NCBI GenBank assembly: GCA_965223505.1
Contig: CBDCWP010000010.1
Coordinates: 96,001 to 160,000, forward strand
Source: Planctomycetota bacterium
Lineage (GTDB): Bacteria; Planctomycetota; PLA2; JAEUHO01
Reading direction: 5' to 3'
Length of the DNA stretch: 64,000 bases
Part shown: positions 1 to 9,903 of the stretch, piece after piece
Layout: each line of letters starts with the position of its first letter
Numbering within the stretch: the stretch's first letter is position 1
Position numbers and translations under genes: made by a program
The notes under the pieces: generated by a model
Seen by the model: only the letters and a program-made list of their open reading frames with translations
The model's database searches: none
Told to the model about the DNA's origin: nothing

Positions 1-1
1 T

Positions 2-1252
2 ACGCGCATCGACCCCGCGACGCTCATCGAGATACCGCTGGGCACGTTCAACGGAGTCGGGTACTCCCGCTTCGAGGCCATGTTCGAAGGAACGACCGCG
101 GGCGGCGGCTCCTACCGGGTCCCGTGCCAGATCATCGCCCCGACGGCAGGCCAAGGCAGCAGCGGCTTGCTGCTGTTCGATTGGCTCAACACCGTGTTCG
201 TCATCACCGCGATCGGGCGCGACTTCGGCGTCGGGCGGTACATGCTGACCGATGACTTCCTGTTCGGCCGCGGGACCGTGTGCGCCACGGTCCGCTCGAG
301 CCGGGCCGGCCTGGGCACGCCGTGGATGGACGGGACGCTGGATGCCGCCGGTGAGTTCATCTCCGACAGCAACGAGGCGCAGATCGTCGTCGACTTCGTG
401 CAGGCGCTGGAATCGGACCCGTTGGCCGTCGAACGCGTCGGTCCGGTCCAGCGCAGGGCGGCGTTCGGCTTCTCGCGCTCGGGCCACGCCGTGCGCCGGT
501 TCCTGCGCAGCGACCTCGGAGCAGGCCTGTTCGACTTCTCGCTCGCGGGTGGGGCCGGCGCGGATGCGGACGACGCGCCGCCGCCGCCGGCGGCCGGACT
601 CTGCATCGAGTTCAACACCGAGAACGAGATCGTCGCCACCGGCCCCTTCAGTCAGGGAGGATCACACGCGCGAAAGGAAGCCCCGAACCTGCGCGTGTAC
701 GAGTTCGCGGGGTGCGCCCACGGTGGACCGGTCGAAGCGGCGCAGATCGGGCTCGTCGACCCCGAGAAGGCGAACCCGGCGGACTGGTTCCCCCTGGTCC
801 GCGCGTTGTTCGTGGCTGCCGATCAGTGGTGCGATGGGGTCGAGCCGCCGCCGAGCATCTGGCTCGGGCAGCCGCACAACCAAGGTGTCGCCCGCGACGC
901 AAAAGAGAACGCCGTGGTCCGGTTCGTGGGAGGCGAGGCGATCGAAACGGACCGCTACCGACTGCCGGAGGTCGCGGTGGGCCAGAATCAGTACGTCGCC
1001 TTCGATCCCGCCTACCGGGGTCCCAACGTCGTCACGGGGCCGGCCGAGCCCGCCGAACCGACCGCCCATCGACAGGCACTCCGCGCCTTCTTCGGTGGCT
1101 TCGTGGATCTGACCGACACGTTCACGAGCCACGAGGACTACGTGACGCAGATCACCGACCACGCCGAGACGCTGCGGGCGCAGCGCTACCTGCTCGACGA
1201 GGATGCCGCCGAGATCATCCGCAGGGCGGAGGAGTCCAGCGTCGGAGGGTAG
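2..1252 (+). CDS. Alpha/beta hydrolase domain protein (Abhydrolase_10-like), probably 5'-truncated by the window edge
   Basis: Frame is open from base 2 (TRIDPATLIEIPLG...), upstream of the ATG at 80. Nucleophile-elbow-like GFSRSG followed by VRRFL; also LRVYEFAGCAHG, RLPEVAV and C-terminal YLLDEDAAEII. Confidence 0.65.
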   Translation, partial: TRIDPATLIEIPLGTFNGVGYSRFEAMFEGTTAGGGSYRVPCQIIAPTAGQGSSGLLLFDWLNTVFVITAIGRDFGVGRYMLTDDFLFGRGTVCATVRSSRAGLGTPWMDGTLDAAGEFISDSNEAQIVVDFVQALESDPLAVERVGPVQRRAAFGFSRSGHAVRRFLRSDLGAGLFDFSLAGGAGADADDAPPPPAAGLCIEFNTENEIVATGPFSQGGSHARKEAPNLRVYEFAGCAHGGPVEAAQIGLVDPEKANPADWFPLVRALFVAADQWCDGVEPPPSIWLGQPHNQGVARDAKENAVVRFVGGEAIETDRYRLPEVAVGQNQYVAFDPAYRGPNVVTGPAEPAEPTAHRQALRAFFGGFVDLTDTFTSHEDYVTQITDHAETLRAQRYLLDEDAAEIIRRAEESSVGG

Positions 1253-1260
1253 TGGGGATG

Positions 1261-1281
1261 GCCGCGCGGCTCTCGCGCGGC
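1261..1281. terminator. GC-rich hairpin after the hydrolase stop codon
   Basis: GCCGCGCG-gctct-CGCGCGGC, 8-bp stem, only a weak T tail. Confidence 0.35.
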
Positions 1282-1299
1282 TTGCGACGCCTAACTCCG

Positions 1300-2637
1300 T
1301 GTATGGGCCCAACAGTCTTGGCCGGTCGTTTCGAGCCGTTCTTCGGGCTGATTCCGTGCCGCTGACGTTCCAGCGCAGACGTGTGCGCGGATTTCTGGCT
1401 CGGCCATTGGTGTGATCACATGAGGACTACGCTGCGCGCCGAAAGCGCAGAATCGAAGGCGCCGATCTCCATCGAGGAACTGAACGTGCAACGTTCCGCC
1501 GGTCAAGTCTCGGATCGGCCTTGATGGTCGCCCGCGATAGACCGCGTCGGGCGTCTGCTGATCGAGCCCCTGATGCGGTCTCTCCCCGTTGTGCCAGCGC
1601 CGCCACCTGTTCAGCCTCCGCTCGAGAGCAGCCGAGGAACGGTAGAGGAACAGGTGCCGCACGTACTCCTGCTCTTGGACCTCCACATACGCTCGATGAT
1701 GGCGATGGACCCCTTGCGACCGACGGCGCCGTAGCGGCGGCGGATACCGTGTCGTCGGAGCAAGCCGTTCACGAGCTTGTTGCGCAGCGGCGGGTCTTGT
1801 CGGACACGAGCCAGGTGGGGGAGCCGGACCGGGTGATCGCCTGGGCAACAGGCGCCGAAAACCGGCTGTTTGGCTCACCGCGGACGAAGCCGATTGCCAG
1901 CACCTTGCGGGAGAAAGTGTCGATCACCGCGCCGACGAAACACGGGTCGCACCACGGCCTTCAAGCGCGTGAAGTCGATCATCCAGATGTGGTTCGGTCG
2001 CTTGGCAAGCAGGCCGGGCGCGGCTTGCGGCAGGAGTCGATCCTCGGGCGTCGGCGCCCTCGGCCGTCGTAGGATGCGCTGGACACTGCTGCGCGAGGCC
2101 TTGATCCCCAGTCGGGCGAGTGTTCCCGCGATGCGGCGTGTACCCCAGCGCGGCCACTCGGACTTGAGGCGATGGGCCAGCTCGCGGGCGAGATCCGTGA
2201 TGCACCCAAGGCGCGGGAGCAGGCGCGGGTCCTTCCTGCGCGACACACGTCGCCAGGTGATGATCGTCTGCCGCTGACGCCGAACACGCGCGCCGTCGCT
2301 GTGACGGAGAGGCGATAGCGGGCCGCGTGCCACACGATGTCGAGACGTTCGTTCCGCCGTTAGTGGGGGCGTCGCCGCGCGGGAACGCGAAGCCACCGAG
2401 TGCGCAGCAGCTCGTTCTTCGCACGAAGACGCTGGACCTGCTCTTCGAGAACGGCGATCTTGCCCGAGAGCGGGCGTCGGCGGTCGACCATGGAGCGGTC
2501 ATGAGCGAGCGCGATGGCGCGTGCAATCAAGATCAGGGCCTCGTGCATCGAGAGAATCTAGTCGCGGTCCTAGGAAGCCGCGGAACCCGCGAGGATCAGC
2601 CGCTTGCGCTCGGTGTCAGAGGTCGTGGGCCGCTACA
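1300..2637 (-). mobile_element. Degenerate insertion sequence, IS3/IS481-like (DDE/rve transposase)
   Basis: Left end TGTATGGGCCCA (1300) and right end reverse complement TGTAGCGGCCCA (2637) match at 10/12. CCG flanks both sides (1297-1299, 2638-2640). Transposase fragments lie inside. Confidence 0.75.
1417..2548 (-). pseudogene. Integrase-core (rve) transposase pseudogene; 3' end approximate
   Basis: Pieces in several frames: MHEALILIARAI..RRRPH*, (N)ERLDIVWHAARY, WGTRRIAGTLARLGIKASRSSVQRIL, RPNHIWMIDFT, WHNGERPHQGLDQQTP. In-frame TAA at 2360-2362 plus several frameshifts. Confidence 0.8.
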
Positions 2638-2699
2638 CCGGGTCGTACTTGGCGGGCCTTGCGAGGTACGCGCGGTGATCGCGCGAGCCAAGTCAGCGA

Positions 2700-3518
2700 T
2701 TACGAAGATGGCAGAGAATCCCCTGACGCCTCATTCGCAATTCGATAGGAGAGCCACTTTTCTCCAGCCGCGATGAGCGCAGAGGCCAGCACACAGAAGA
2801 AGGCCCACGTCCAACGCATGCGTCCCGCTTGCCCGACACCGGACAGCGCAACATCTTCGCGCACCCCCAACTTGCGCTTCGCTACCCGAAATCCGCGACC
2901 TTCGGCCTTCGGGTACTCGACTTCGAGGGTCAGTTCGACCGTCAGGTCCATATCGGCCAGCGCTTCATCGGACGGAAACGTGACTTCGATCCAAGGGCTC
3001 ACGGGAACGTACCCGCGGTCCGAGACGCCGCCGATGGTCTCCTCCCAATCCTGCTTGCGTGACTTCGTCTCAAGCTCGACCGCTTGGTCCTCCCCGTCTA
3101 GGTGCGCACTGGCCCTTCCGGATCCGGACCATCTCTGTTGAACGGCATCGAGCTCTTCGTCGAATGTGTAGCGAGACGTGTCCCCGGGACCGAAGAGCGG
3201 TGGATCCCAGTTCGTGTTTGCGCGCGTCGCACTGCCCTGAATCACGATGGGCACGAAGAACACGCCAATGCCGGCGAACGTGACGATGTATGGCCCCGCG
3301 TGCTTCAAGATGAACTCGAGCGTCGAGCGCGGCCTACTCTCCGCGTAGGCGCAGCCGATCACGCAGACGAGAACGAGAGCGGCCAGAAGAGTGGACATGG
3401 CGGTCATCGACCAGCCGAAGAGCGCGGTGGCGAGAATGATCGAACCCAGTACGACGAGGATCACGCCAACAAGACTGGACTCTCTGGATGAGTTGGGTCG
3501 GGTCACACGGACCTCCAT
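2700..3518 (-). CDS. Hypothetical membrane protein (about 3 N-terminal TM, soluble domain, C-terminal TM)
   Basis: 272-aa ORF with clear hydrophobic segments; no recognised motif. Confidence 0.6.
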   Translation of the reverse strand: MEVRVTRPNSSRESSLVGVILVVLGSIILATALFGWSMTAMSTLLAALVLVCVIGCAYAESRPRSTLEFILKHAGPYIVTFAGIGVFFVPIVIQGSATRANTNWDPPLFGPGDTSRYTFDEELDAVQQRWSGSGRASAHLDGEDQAVELETKSRKQDWEETIGGVSDRGYVPVSPWIEVTFPSDEALADMDLTVELTLEVEYPKAEGRGFRVAKRKLGVREDVALSGVGQAGRMRWTWAFFCVLASALIAAGEKWLSYRIANEASGDSLPSS

Positions 3519-3860
3519 GACTCGAGGAGAGAGGATACCACTGGCTCACTTCCGCCGTCTCGGCTCAAACAGCCGCGTATCAAGCCTCCGTGCGTCCCGA
3601 CCCTCGCGGACGAGATGGACTCGACGACGGCGCTTGCGCGACTGTCGACTTGGCGAGATCGGAGCCTCCCTCGAACGAGCGGCCCGTCCCGTCGACTGCG
3701 CCGATCGCACCAGCGCGAGAATCCGTTCTGCACATGACGCATGCCCTCGCGAGGCGTCCCGACGGTCGTCCTGACGAGAAACTGCGATCGCGTGGGAGAT
3801 CGCCGCGGTTCCGAATCTCATGGGTTTCAGCGCATTCGGTCTCGTTCCTCGCTTGAATCC

Positions 3861-4257
3861 ATGGGTGACGTGACTCGGATCCGGCGGATGCGTGACCTGG
3901 CGCGGCCGATCACCGAACACGGCCCCATCGTGGTCATCGGGGCCGGCGAGGTCGGATTGAAGCTCCGTGAGCTGCTCACGGACGCCGGCGAAGAGCTCTT
4001 CGTCCTCGGGGACGCGGACGGCGAGGGCGTCGAACTCGTCGGTGATCCGCCCCGGTCGATTGACGGGGCGTAACCCCTTGGCCGAGCGCATCCGCGAGCG
4101 CAGCGGCTGCACCGTCGTGGGCGTGGAGCGGGACGGTGAGATCCTGACCGATCTGACCGGGGAGTTCGCCTTGAAGGGGGGCGACGGCCTCTACGTCTTT
4201 GGGACGGCCGAATCCCTGCAGTACGTCCAACAGCACTTCGCCATGACCCGGCTGTGA
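3861..4257 (+). pseudogene. Remnant of an RCK (TrkA_N/TrkA_C) K+ transport regulatory protein
   Basis: IVVIGAGEVGLKLRELL (TrkA_N Rossmann start) breaks off near 4045. Another frame continues as TrkA_C (RIRERSGCTVVGVERDGE..GDGLYVFG). Most of TrkA_N is missing. Confidence 0.65.
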
Positions 4258-4297
4258 GACGGACGTGCGCGACACCGCGCTCCGTACCCGCGGCTCG

Positions 4298-4747
4298 TCA
4301 TCGGGCGCGCGTCGGCGCCGCCTCTGCTTCGCAGCGCCGCTTGAGACACTCGTTCTCACGTTTCAGCGTGCGTCTCACGGATAGGCGGGCCAACGGCCAC
4401 AGCACGCGGGCCACGAGCCCGTACATCGCCAGGCGAAGCAGGCTACGGGTACCGGTCGGCGTCGCCGTCAGCTCATGGGAAGCGACCATGCGCATGCCGC
4501 GAACCCGGGTCGACCACGTGAAACGCTCGCCACGCGTCAGCGCCGTGACGACCCACGTCGTCTCGGGTAGGCCAGGCTGCTTGATCCGCGCGGCGCTTTC
4601 CACGTCGAACGGCCCGTGATCGAGCCGCCGGACGGACACGACCGTCGGCAGCCATTCCGGCCAACGCTCTACGTCCTCCGTTACGGCCCAGACGGCGTCC
4701 TGCGGCGCTTCGACGTCGATGACGTGTTCGACTTCCAAGGCCACCAT
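4298..4747 (-). CDS. SRPBCC (polyketide cyclase/dehydrase-like) family protein
   Basis: VEHVIDVEAPQDAVWAVTEDVERWPEW N-terminal motif; C-terminal helix LKRRCE. Confidence 0.85.
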   Translation of the reverse strand: MVALEVEHVIDVEAPQDAVWAVTEDVERWPEWLPTVVSVRRLDHGPFDVESAARIKQPGLPETTWVVTALTRGERFTWSTRVRGMRMVASHELTATPTGTRSLLRLAMYGLVARVLWPLARLSVRRTLKRENECLKRRCEAEAAPTRAR

Positions 4748-4794
4748 GCTAGGGGGATGCGCCGCCGGCGTCATCGTCCGGGCGGGGGCATCGA

Positions 4795-5037
4795 TCAGAC
4801 GTTGATCCCGATGACGCCGAGCACGATGCCGGCGACGGTGAGATAAGGCGCAGGCCAACGCCAGGCCGAGATCGCGGCGGCAAGCGCGACGGCGCAGACC
4901 GTCACGAGCAGCGGGTCACCGAAGCCGATGAGGAGAGAGCCGCCGATCAGTCCCACGACCAGCCCGATCACCAGCCCCACGACGACCGCCAGGCAGCGCT
5001 TGGCGGTGGATTCGATCTCGGAGGTACGCATGCGCAC
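4795..5037 (-). CDS. Small hydrophobic membrane protein
   Basis: 80 aa, about 3 hydrophobic Gly-rich helices. Confidence 0.5.
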   Translation of the reverse strand: MRMRTSEIESTAKRCLAVVVGLVIGLVVGLIGGSLLIGFGDPLLVTVCAVALAAAISAWRWPAPYLTVAGIVLGVIGINV

Positions 5038-5082
5038 ACCGTAGCAGTCGGGGAGGCTTCGACTCGAGGGCCGAATCTCCGG

Positions 5083-6684
5083 CTACGTGAGCTCGTAGCA
5101 GGACCAGCGCACGTCTCCGTTGGGCTTGTGGAGGACCCTGAGGCGACCGACGTGCCGTCGCCAGGGAGACAGACCTCGGCTGAGCTTGCGCTTGCGTCGA
5201 CACTTCCAGCGCCAATACCCGCTTGCGTCCAGCATCACGTCGACCGTGGCCGGGACGCCGACTTTGACCGCGACCCAATTGCCCCACTCGTCGAGGACAG
5301 CGAGGTTGCCGGTGCAGGTGTCCGCCGTATCGCCGAGGTAGCTCTCTTGCAGGTTCGTGGGCCGCTCGTCGCGAATGCGCTCCGTTTTGGTGCTGTAACT
5401 CTCACAGACATCCCGAATGGTCACGTGTCGGGCGTCTCGATGCACGAAGATGTTGTGTCTGTGATGCGGGTCGGCATCCGGGTCGCCATAGTCAAGGGGG
5501 TTCCGGATCCTGTCCTTTTCGGCACCCAGTACGGTGCCGCCGAGCACTTGAATACACCGGCCCATGACATGAATGCCGTCGTATCGGCCTCTCCTACGTT
5601 GCGAGTTCGCGATCACGATCGGCGCGACCATGGTGCAAAACATCGTTCGGCCGGCGAGCTGGATGCCGTGGCCTCCGTTCTCGCGCACGATCGGTCCACG
5701 CAACGAGACGTTTCGCGCCTCGATGTAGATTCCGGGAAACGTGTTCCGCCGATTGCGGTCGAGAATGCGCTGGTCCAATCGGCACGGATTGCCTTTGTCG
5801 CTTCCCCAACGACCATTTTCGCAGAAGAGCCCTCCGCTCACCGTTGCGTGCGCGGGAAGCGGGATGCGCTCCCGTCCCCCGCCCTTGCCGGTGTCCTTCA
5901 CGTAGATGCCCATTCCCAAAGCCCGGTTGTGGCAGCAAACGACGTTGGCTACCTGGATGTTGCGGACGTAGCCGACGACGTTCGGCTTCGCGGCGGTGGC
6001 GTCATCCGTCTTGATCGTGATGCCGCTGCCCGTGTTGCAGTTGCAGGTTACGTCACGGATGATGAACGTATCGCCGCCGGGATAGACGTCGATACCGTCT
6101 CCGGCACCGCTCTTTGTCAGACCGCTCGTGCCGTTGAGGTTGTAGCTCCCCCCGGAGATCACGACGTGCTTGGTGGACTTACGGAGCTTCACGCCATCGA
6201 GCCCCTGATGATCTGCGCTGCAGTTGATGAGCGAGAGTTCGTCGCAGTCGGCGGCCACGAACCCGAACTGGCTGTGCTTGCCGGTGGGGGATGAGTGTGT
6301 CGCCGAACAGTGCCGAAAGGTGACTTGCTTCACGGGGTCGTTGGGCTGCCCCTCGACGTCGAATCCGTTCATGCACTCCGAGACGGAGACGTCCTCCACC
6401 AGTATGTTCCGGGTGTCTCCGCGGATCTTCACGCCGACGGTCTTGTGACCCGGTGCTTGGCGGGTGATGCGTACGCTCTTCAGTGACGCGTTGTCGACCC
6501 CGTCGAATCGAATGACAGGATCGGGATGACGGGCATGAAGCTCTGTCGCGCAGCCTGTGCCTTCCAGCCGACCGCAACGGGGAATGTCGATTGGGCCGTC
6601 CAGCTCGTACGTCGCGGGCTGCAGCTTGAGATAGCCCTTGGTGGCGAGCACCTCGTTGATTTGGGAGGCGGTCTTTGGGTGCAT
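5083..6684 (-). CDS. Right-handed parallel beta-helix (pectate lyase-like) protein
   Basis: ATG at 6684 after GGAGG. N-terminal LKLQPATYELDGPI..RLEGTG..TEL cap, then repeated Gly/Asn beta rungs (NTGSGITI, ENGGHGIQL, GDGIDV). Confidence 0.75.
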   Translation of the reverse strand: MHPKTASQINEVLATKGYLKLQPATYELDGPIDIPRCGRLEGTGCATELHARHPDPVIRFDGVDNASLKSVRITRQAPGHKTVGVKIRGDTRNILVEDVSVSECMNGFDVEGQPNDPVKQVTFRHCSATHSSPTGKHSQFGFVAADCDELSLINCSADHQGLDGVKLRKSTKHVVISGGSYNLNGTSGLTKSGAGDGIDVYPGGDTFIIRDVTCNCNTGSGITIKTDDATAAKPNVVGYVRNIQVANVVCCHNRALGMGIYVKDTGKGGGRERIPLPAHATVSGGLFCENGRWGSDKGNPCRLDQRILDRNRRNTFPGIYIEARNVSLRGPIVRENGGHGIQLAGRTMFCTMVAPIVIANSQRRRGRYDGIHVMGRCIQVLGGTVLGAEKDRIRNPLDYGDPDADPHHRHNIFVHRDARHVTIRDVCESYSTKTERIRDERPTNLQESYLGDTADTCTGNLAVLDEWGNWVAVKVGVPATVDVMLDASGYWRWKCRRKRKLSRGLSPWRRHVGRLRVLHKPNGDVRWSCYELT

Positions 6685-7047
6685 ACGACCTCCAACTTCG
6701 CTCCAAGCGTAACGACAGTGTCCCTGATCACCCACTCCCCATGACATCCACGCCGCCCAACGTACCCCCTCCCCGCTTCCGTATCTCCACGACTTGCACA
6801 AAGTACCCGCTTGACCGTGCAAGTCCTGCACGCATCCCGCCCGCGCCCCCAATGACATGCAGCCTGGGAGGGCTGGCATGGCGGTTGCGGTCCCATCGCC
6901 GTCTCCGACGGGAGCGCCATCATGTCCACGCCTCGAACATGCCGTCCGGCGTACGGAGCGACGGCCGACCTGGACGCGGCGTGGATGCATGCGCGACATC
7001 GTGGACGCTCTCTCGCAGACGAAGTCCAATCAAAGAGGAGCGAATCG

Positions 7048-7617
7048 ATGGGAATGCTGAAGAAGACCCTTCTGGCCGTGGCCGTGTTGGCTGCGACCGC
7101 GACGCTTGTCGACGCAGAGGAGACGGCCGAGAAGATCGACAACCCCGAGTACCTGAACTGGAAGCAGTTCAAGGCGGGGGCGACGGTCACGATCGAGCAC
7201 ATCAGCAAGGCGGCAGGCAACGAAACGAAGATCGTCACGACGACCACGTTGAAGGAGCTGACCGACAAGAAGGCCGTGGTCAGTTCCCAAACGATGATGT
7301 CCGTCGCGGGCAAGGAAGTCAAGCAGCCCGCGCAGGACCGGGAGATCCCCGCCACGTTCGACAAGCCCACGATCCCCGAGGGCGAGAAGAAGCCGGACAT
7401 CGAGACGAAGGAAGGCACGGAGACCTTGACCGTCGACGGTCAGGAGATCGCCTGCAAGTGGGTGAAGAGCACCGTAAAGACGGACGACAACACGAGCGTC
7501 ACGAAGGTCTGGAACTCCGACGCCGTACCGGGCGGCTTGGTCAAGATGGAGTCCAGCACCGACGGCGCCATGAAGGTCGAGACCAAGATGATGGTCACGA
7601 GCTTCAAGACGAAATAG
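7048..7617 (+). CDS. Secreted hypothetical protein, beta-rich
   Basis: GAGGAG RBS; signal peptide MLKKTLLAVAVLAATATLVDA; strong GC3 bias; GTETLTVDG..CKWV..KVWNSDAVPGGLVK. Confidence 0.85.
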   Translation: MGMLKKTLLAVAVLAATATLVDAEETAEKIDNPEYLNWKQFKAGATVTIEHISKAAGNETKIVTTTTLKELTDKKAVVSSQTMMSVAGKEVKQPAQDREIPATFDKPTIPEGEKKPDIETKEGTETLTVDGQEIACKWVKSTVKTDDNTSVTKVWNSDAVPGGLVKMESSTDGAMKVETKMMVTSFKTK

Positions 7618-7721
7618 CCACACTTGGTGAGGATCGACCTCGACCGCGGACCACCGAGGTCGAGGCCGACGGGTGGCGTCTCGAAAAGGCCCCATTCCGA
7701 CCCTGCGGCGGGCCGAGCTTC

Positions 7722-8040
7722 TCACGGGCTCTCCTGAGCTCTGACAAAGGACGTCCGCGAGAGGGAGAGGAGCTCGCCCGACTGCTCACGCTTCGCACGG
7801 TCGTGCTGGTCCAGGAATGCCTGAAGCGGCTCTCGAAGCGCCGGATCCGACGCGCATGCTCGACGACGGCAGCGCCGCGTCCGCGAGGTCCCTGGCCTTT
7901 TCCGTACGGCCGAGCAAAGGCTGCATCGAGCCGTGGACTGTACCGATCTCGTCGTTGCTCCACTGTCGGAACAAACCGTCGGCGCCGGCCGGTACGGCAG
8001 CCGCCGCGACGAGTACGACAACGAACACTGTCATCCGCAT
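7722..8040 (-). pseudogene. Short secreted-protein ORF, possibly frameshifted or degenerate
   Basis: AAGGAG RBS and signal-like MRMTVFVVVLVAAAAVPAGA. Frame stops at 7786; a protein-like continuation (DPALREPLQAFLDQH..) lies in another frame to 7722. Confidence 0.35.
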
Positions 8041-8249
8041 GGGGGTCTCCTTCCTGAGCGTCCTTCAGGAGGGATTGCGGAATCGAGCCGGGGCATCCCC
8101 GGAGAAAACCGGCAGTGTCCGTTGGCGATTCCTTCGCGCGGAGCGTTCTGCGCGTCCGAAGGGGGACGACAGGACCGGGGCGTGCCTCCCGTTGATCGCC
8201 CATGAGCGTGCGGGAGGGGAGTCCGTCAAGCTGCCGGCCGCGGTGGGGC

Positions 8250-8837
8250 CTAGATCGTGGAGATCTTGGTTTCCATCGTGTTCGCTTCGGAGACCATGCC
8301 GTGCACGGGCGAGTGGTGAGCGAGGCGTTCGATGGTGGCCAGCTGCTCCTCGCTCAGATCACCCTTCACCTTGATCTCGGTGGTGATCTTCGGCATGCAC
8401 GACGTGTGCGCGTCGGTGCCTTTCACCTCGAAGAGCACGCTCGGGTCGATGTCCGCGTGGACCCGCACCTCGAGACCCTCCAGGTTGATGCCGTGGCGGT
8501 GGGCATTCAAGCCGATGCTGTTGACGACGCACGACGCAACGGCGCCGAGCGCCATCTCCACCGGCTCTGCGCGATCGGTGGGTCCCTCGAAGCCGATCGT
8601 CTCCTCGACCTCACGCCACGCGCCATACGGAATCGTGTAGTGGCGTGTTTCGCGGTCGATCTCGTTGCCGCCGAGCGTGTACGGGCCGATATGCACGGTG
8701 CTACGACCGGAATGCCCCTCCCAGTAGCCCTTCGCCTCGAGCCCGAGGGTGACAGGGTCCTCCTTCAAGGAACTTCGGAAGGCTTCCAGCTTCTCGACAT
8801 CCATGCCATGGATCTTCTGTTCAGTAATCACGAGCAT
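8250..8837 (-). CDS. OsmC-like family protein
   Basis: AGAGGAGA RBS; HGMDVEKL, PVEMALGAVASC, GINLEGLEVRV, HSPVHG. Confidence 0.85.
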   Translation of the reverse strand: MLVITEQKIHGMDVEKLEAFRSSLKEDPVTLGLEAKGYWEGHSGRSTVHIGPYTLGGNEIDRETRHYTIPYGAWREVEETIGFEGPTDRAEPVEMALGAVASCVVNSIGLNAHRHGINLEGLEVRVHADIDPSVLFEVKGTDAHTSCMPKITTEIKVKGDLSEEQLATIERLAHHSPVHGMVSEANTMETKISTI

Positions 8838-8961
8838 TCTCCTCTTGGGCAGCCTGCCGCTCACTCAACAACCATGCCGGGCGAACAACAGCGCCCCGCA
8901 TTCGGCCACGGTAGCGAATTGGCGAAGCGAAGCCAAGGGGGCAGCCGCAAGCCGTCTTGTT

Positions 8962-9081
8962 GTCCGAGACGGGCGAGCGTCGCTCGGCGAGCTTCATCAG
9001 CTCGGCGATCTTCTCCTGCGGGGCGTCGGACTTGACGAGGAAGTTGACGCGAATCTGCTGGTAGCCCGGTCGGACAGTCTC
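8962..9081 (-). pseudogene. C-terminal fragment of a second OsmC-like gene (absent from the ORF track)
   Basis: Manual translation gives ETVRPGYQQIRVNFLVKSDAPQEKIAELMKLAERRSPVSD; no N-terminal half recognised upstream. Confidence 0.65.
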
Positions 9082-9605
9082 CGTAGGGCCAGCGGATCAT
9101 CTTCTGATCGCCCAGATCGTGGGATGGCACGACCCGACTAGGCTCTGTTTCGAAACTGCCGCTGCTGCGCCCGGCGATCCTCTTGCTGCGCCCCGCCCGA
9201 ACTCGGAACCTCGTCCTCGACGGGCACAGAGCCCGCCTGCGGCGAGAACCGCTCGTTCAGACTCGGGCTCGCATCGGTCTCCCCGGGCTCGCGACGCGGC
9301 ATTTCGAAACGGAGCCTAGAGCCGTCGAGCACATGCAAGAGGCGCTGGAGTCTGAGGCTGTGCGCGGCGATCTTGCACGCGCCCATCTCTACAACGCTGT
9401 CTGCTAAGCGGCTCGAGCTTCCCGTTCGCCTGACTCCGCGGAGGAGCGAGCGGCATTGGAGGAAATGCCATCCGGACTAAAGGTGGCCGGCCGTACCACC
9501 GCGGCACGGTTCGTGCTAATGCGAGGCGGCGCTCTGTTCCGAGCGATGTCGATCCGGCGCCGGACACGTACTTGCGGCATCCGGCGCGATCCTGAGGAAA
9601 CAACC

Positions 9606-9701
9606 ATGCCCAAAGGCAGAAGTTCCAAGAGTTCGAAGGCCCCGAAGAGTGGAGCAAAGGCCGCCGGCAAGACGGCGGCGAACAAGAGCAAGAAGAAGTA
9701 G
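9606..9701 (+). CDS. 31-aa Lys/Ser/Ala-rich basic peptide
   Basis: GAGGAAAcaaccATG; MPKGRSSKSSKAPKSGAKAAGKTAANKSKKK; 9 of 10 Lys codons are AAG; terminator downstream. In-frame upstream starts exist (9456/9465). Confidence 0.55.
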   Translation: MPKGRSSKSSKAPKSGAKAAGKTAANKSKKK

Positions 9702-9755
9702 GGGAACGAGCCCGAACGTTCGGTGGCGTGCCCCAAGCGGTTCGGGCCGCAACTC

Positions 9756-9790
9756 GGCGGGCAGGGATGCCACGTCCCTGCCCGCCCTTT
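9756..9790 (+). terminator. Rho-independent terminator
   Basis: GGCGGGCAGGGA-tgccacg-TCCCTGCCCGCC (perfect 12-bp stem) followed by CTTT; lies between convergent genes. Confidence 0.7.
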
Positions 9791-9903
9791 CATATCGTCA
9801 CGTCACGTTCGCCGGAGCGGCGCGTCGGCAGCGGGCAACATGCCCCATCTCATCCGGCGCAAAGGACATGCCCAGCCTAACGACGGGGTGGAACGCGATG
9901 CGT

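Noticed and set aside
1289..1295. GCCTAAC resembling an integron attC R'' site
   Set aside because: No matching GTTRRRY partner, no repeated cassette structure and no integron integrase in the window
9183..9407. 74-aa plus-strand ORF
   Set aside because: No RBS or recognisable motif; may be a remnant but cannot be supported
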